A stretch of DNA of 64,000 bases from Sedimenticola sp. Lineage in GTDB: Bacteria > Pseudomonadota > Gammaproteobacteria > Chromatiales > Chromatiaceae. This document shows, piece by piece, positions 60,493-64,000 of this stretch (position 1 is its first letter; the number at the start of each line of letters is the position of its first letter). Below the pieces are notes generated by a model. That model did not search any database. It was not told the origin of the DNA and was given only the letters and a program-made list of their open reading frames with translations. A program made the translations under genes and the position numbers. The stretch lies in NCBI GenBank assembly GCA_027068795.1, contig JAMOMB010000189.1, forward strand, positions 4,712 to 68,711. Direction: 5' to 3'.

Positions 60493-61682
60493 GATGATTT
60501 CCTAGCGTATTGAATGCGTACCAAATTTGGTAGGCGCCGGGTGATGTCGTCCATCACCTTCTCCGAGGGATACTGCAGGAACAATATGCCGACTTTTTGG
60601 TTCATGGGATCGTCGATGCGGCATCCCTGTTGCCACCAGTACAGTTTATCGATGAGATAAGGGTGCAACTCGGGGTCGATGGTCACACCAGCCACTTCAC
60701 CAGTCCGCTCCCCCATCACACAATACCGACCGTGGTAGCCTGTCTGCCGGGCTTCGGGAAAGTCATGGCAGTTGTGACCGGCTTCGGCCTTGACAATCCA
60801 TTCTGCCCAGTCGATTCCTGTGGCGCGGCTGACTGGCGCAGAGTACATGTCGCCGGAACAGCGGCGCGTAATGTCTATGATGACAGCCATATTGGATTGT
60901 GCCAGGTACTGTACATGGAAGACACCATCGACCAAATGCAGGGCTTTTGCGATTCGCTCGATGTTGTTGAGCAATCCCGGAAGGTGCGTATTGATCTGAT
61001 GTGCAGGAGAGGAGGATGCATTTACATAGTACGGGTTGAAATGGGAGAACTCATTGTCGCTGTAGTGAAACACCACTTTTCCATTTACCAGAAAGGTGCT
61101 CAGGCTATGTTGTTTTCCTTCAATGTATTTTTCCACCACGATACATTTTTTGCGTGACAGCTGGAAGGCTTGCTCCACGCAATGACGGTATCGTGAAATC
61201 TCCGTGACCTTGGCAACTCCTTTGCCACCGGTGAGATCCACGGGTTTGACGATGACTGGGAAATGCAGCCTGTCTATGATCGACAAGGCTTCGTCAAGGG
61301 ACTGAAGCGGCCACGCCTCCGGCGTGTCTAGTTTGTGTTTCCGGGCGAAATTCTTGAAGGTGTCCTTGGTGTGCAATAGGCGGGTGGTGTTGGCGCTGTC
61401 GTGCCCCGGGAAATCGAGTCGTTCACATACCTCTGCCGCTGTAATGATGCCAAAATCGTTGGCGCATGAGCAGATCCGGTCGGCACCCACCTGAAGGGCT
61501 ACTTCGGTGATGGCATCTGGGTCGGAATAGTCGGCGGATATGTAGCGGTCGGCAAAACGATGGCCGATCAGCTCGGGGGCATTGCCTGTGGTGATCACTT
61601 CGTATCCCAAGGATTTTCCGGCCCGTATGAGGGGGATTTCCGAATGGCTGCCATTCAGAATGAGCAGGCGTTTCCGCGTCAT
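60489..61682 (-). CDS. ATP-grasp ligase
   Basis: FPVIVKPVDLTGGKGV, VVEKYIEG, GVFHVQY…IIDITRR. Confidence 0.85.
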   Translation of the reverse strand: MTRKRLLILNGSHSEIPLIRAGKSLGYEVITTGNAPELIGHRFADRYISADYSDPDAITEVALQVGADRICSCANDFGIITAAEVCERLDFPGHDSANTTRLLHTKDTFKNFARKHKLDTPEAWPLQSLDEALSIIDRLHFPVIVKPVDLTGGKGVAKVTEISRYRHCVEQAFQLSRKKCIVVEKYIEGKQHSLSTFLVNGKVVFHYSDNEFSHFNPYYVNASSSPAHQINTHLPGLLNNIERIAKALHLVDGVFHVQYLAQSNMAVIIDITRRCSGDMYSAPVSRATGIDWAEWIVKAEAGHNCHDFPEARQTGYHGRYCVMGERTGEVAGVTIDPELHPYLIDKLYWWQQGCRIDDPMNQKVGILFLQYPSEKVMDDITRRLPNLVRIQYARKSS

Positions 61683-63205
61683 GCTTTCTCGTCCGGTCGG
61701 CGGTGGCGGGTCCAGATTGTCTTCAGATAGCTATATTCGTCAAAGGCCAGAATGGATTTGTCCTTCCCAATACCGGATTCCTTGATTCCTCCAAAAGGAG
61801 CGCTGTTGTCGTCTTCACCGTAGCTGTTGACATGAATGATGCCGGCCTCCAACCGGCGAGATGCATGATAGGCTTCATCCAAGTCGTCAGTCCAGATGGC
61901 AGCAGCCAGCCCGAAGCTGGAATCATTGGCGATTTCTATGGATTTTTCCAGAGATGATGAGCTCATCACTGTCAGTACGGGGCCGAATATTTCTTCGCGC
62001 CATATTTCGCACTGGGGGTCATCCACCAGAAACACGATTGGTGTAATGAAGATTGCTTGGCGGGGCATTCCATGGGGAGAGGATGCGCTCCATTGGCGCA
62101 GGGAACACTGCTGACCACGACGGATATAGGCGACAACCTTTTGCTGTTGGTCATGGCTCACCATGCAACCGACGCGGGTATCCGGCTCCAGGGGATGGCC
62201 AGGGGAGAATCTGTCCAGCTCTTGTTGTAGCTGTTCCAGAAAAATGTCCAGTATCCCAGCATCAACTATGGCACGCGATGGTGCCGAGCATATCTGTCCC
62301 TGATTGTAGAACATATTGTGTGCTAGGGTGGAAGCCGCCTCTCGAACATGCCTGCAGCGGCTGGTTACAATAAAAGCGCTCTTACCTCCACATTCTAGGG
62401 AGACGCGTTTCATATTGGATTGTCCTGCATACTCGAGTATCTTTTTTCCTGTAGCGGATGAACCTGTAAAATAAATGGCCGCTACTTCATCGTGCAGGGC
62501 GAGCGCTCTGCCTGCCTCTTCTCCCTTTCCCGTTACAACATTGAATACCCCACGGGGAATGCCGGCCTGCAGAGTAAGTTCTGCCACTCGCAATAATGAA
62601 TAACTGGATTGTTCGGCTGGTTTTGCCACGATAGTGTTGCCCATGGCAAGTGCTGGCGCTATCTTCCACATTGCTACCACCAGCGGGTCGTTCCATGGGG
62701 TAATCAAACCGGTTACCCCAAGGGGCTGTCGCTGGATAATGCCGTTGTGGCCTTCTCGATCTGGAATGGCGTGATCGTAGAGCTTGTCGATGCTTTCAGC
62801 GAAGTAACGGGTGGCGGCAATGGCCTTTGGGATCGAATCCTCGAGATAGTTCTGCAGGCAGCGTCCTGTTTCAATGGTATCCATCAGCGCTAGATCCTGG
62901 CGGTGTTCTTCCATCAGATCGGCCAGTTTCAGTAGCCTGAGCTTGCGTTCGTGCGGATGCAGATCTGGCCATTCGCGCTTGCAAAAGGCGGCTCGAGCCG
63001 TGGCAACTGCATGATTGATGTCGGTGGTGGTGCAGACGGCAAGTGGTGGTAGCTCCCGCCCATCCACAGGGCTGGACTTGCTCATCCAGTGGTCCTCGAC
63101 GGGATCAATGAAAGTACCATTGATGAATGGTCTGTTGTTGAATTCCAGGGTTTCAAGCAGGGCTTCAGCTGTCTTCCTGTCCATCAATTGATTCCTCTGG
63201 GGCAA
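61679..63205 (-). CDS. Aldehyde dehydrogenase (PuuC-like; start may be ATG 63184)
   Basis: ITPWN, KPAE, FTGS, LECGGKS, NQGQICSA, EEIFGP, PFGGIKESG. Confidence 0.93.
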   Translation of the reverse strand: MPQRNQLMDRKTAEALLETLEFNNRPFINGTFIDPVEDHWMSKSSPVDGRELPPLAVCTTTDINHAVATARAAFCKREWPDLHPHERKLRLLKLADLMEEHRQDLALMDTIETGRCLQNYLEDSIPKAIAATRYFAESIDKLYDHAIPDREGHNGIIQRQPLGVTGLITPWNDPLVVAMWKIAPALAMGNTIVAKPAEQSSYSLLRVAELTLQAGIPRGVFNVVTGKGEEAGRALALHDEVAAIYFTGSSATGKKILEYAGQSNMKRVSLECGGKSAFIVTSRCRHVREAASTLAHNMFYNQGQICSAPSRAIVDAGILDIFLEQLQQELDRFSPGHPLEPDTRVGCMVSHDQQQKVVAYIRRGQQCSLRQWSASSPHGMPRQAIFITPIVFLVDDPQCEIWREEIFGPVLTVMSSSSLEKSIEIANDSSFGLAAAIWTDDLDEAYHASRRLEAGIIHVNSYGEDDNSAPFGGIKESGIGKDKSILAFDEYSYLKTIWTRHRRPDEKA

Positions 63206-63208
63206 GAT

Positions 63209-64000
63209 TTAGATGAATCGATCAAACTCTTCCATGCTTTCCGGTTTGTTGCCTTTTTTGATAGAGTCTATCAGTTGGATCACCTGTTCATTGGATTCGT
63301 GTCGCAAGCAATGGAATGTACAGTCCCGGGAAGGGTCGAGTCTTTGCATGATGGTTTTGCGAAGCTGGCCATGCCAGAGCTCGTCAAAAGAAAGCAGGCT
63401 GGGTTCTCCAATCTTCATGTTAGGCTTGCCACGCCAATATGGGCAGACATAGGCGCCGGAAGGACAGATCAAGGTTCGCAATTCGGCAGCTGGGCACCAA
63501 TGATAGTTCTTTGGCTGTTCACTTTGCCTGCCAGCCAGTGAAATGTCGAGATTGATGGCTTTCATGATCTTGAAGTTTGGGGTTTCCAGCTCGCCCAGGC
63601 GATTGATTTGCTGTCGGGCCTCTTCCATGAGCTTTCTTTCATGGACCACTAGCGCATGATCTACGCCAGCCCTGTACTGGTAGCTGGGTTTTACCTCGAA
63701 ATAGTCGCAGCCAATTTCCCTGGCCAGCATGGCGGCATCGTAGATCTCGTGAATATTTGAGATCACTCCAGGGCCGTCCATGGGTGTCTGCAGGAGGTAA
63801 GAATATCCCATCTTGCCCTTCTTGATTGCGGACAGCCTTCGCATGTTGTCGATGATTTTGTCAAACTTGGAATGTCTTCCCTTGGATGGTCGTAGAACCT
63901 GAAAGGTTTCATCGGTAGCTGCATCCATGGATACCCTGGTCCAGCTGGCGTATTCGCCTATGATGGAAAGGTGGCGATGGATCATGGTGCCGTTGGTAGT
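63209..64000 (-). CDS. Radical SAM protein with SPASM/twitch-like C-terminus, 5' end outside the window
   Basis: TTNGT and WTRVSMDA barrel motifs; C-terminal C…GAYVC…IG…FDELWHG…CTFHC; CxxxCxxC motif not visible (upstream of window end). Confidence 0.78.
   Translation of the reverse strand, partial: TTNGTMIHRHLSIIGEYASWTRVSMDAATDETFQVLRPSKGRHSKFDKIIDNMRRLSAIKKGKMGYSYLLQTPMDGPGVISNIHEIYDAAMLAREIGCDYFEVKPSYQYRAGVDHALVVHERKLMEEARQQINRLGELETPNFKIMKAINLDISLAGRQSEQPKNYHWCPAAELRTLICPSGAYVCPYWRGKPNMKIGEPSLLSFDELWHGQLRKTIMQRLDPSRDCTFHCLRHESNEQVIQLIDSIKKGNKPESMEEFDRFI

Overview
Gammaproteobacterial chromosome segment; a proteobacterial phosphoribulokinase suggests a Calvin-cycle autotroph (inference). 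(1) 1-18.2 kb: a non-flagellar type III secretion cluster, truncated on the left, with lower GC than the core genes: slt-sctV-C-D-F?-I-J-K?-L-N-O-P?-[GNAT, unknown ORF, soluble histidine kinase, FixJ-like regulator]-Q-R-S-T, plus a convergent two-gene operon. No sctU, gatekeeper or translocon gene is visible in the window. (2) 18.3-29 kb: prk, nhaD, DUF4139 protein, FAD oxidase, gmhA/diaA-yraN-lpoA, rsmI, an inserted exported protein and rnpB. (3) 29-56 kb: complete dcw cluster (mraZ to lpxC), dciA, M23 peptidase, secA, argJ, Nudix fusion, yacG-zapD-coaE. (4) 56-64 kb: pilD-pilC-pilB, preceded by a radical SAM / aldehyde dehydrogenase / ATP-grasp / SMR-type transporter operon. Best leads: the atypical T3SS (embedded acetyltransferase and two-component cassette, SctV apparently lacking subdomain 2, G-U-rich intercistronic hairpins), a 56-aa ORF between murC and murB that is absent from the ORF track, and the biosynthetic operon beside the pilus genes. 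All calls are by eye from motifs and gene order; no searches were run.
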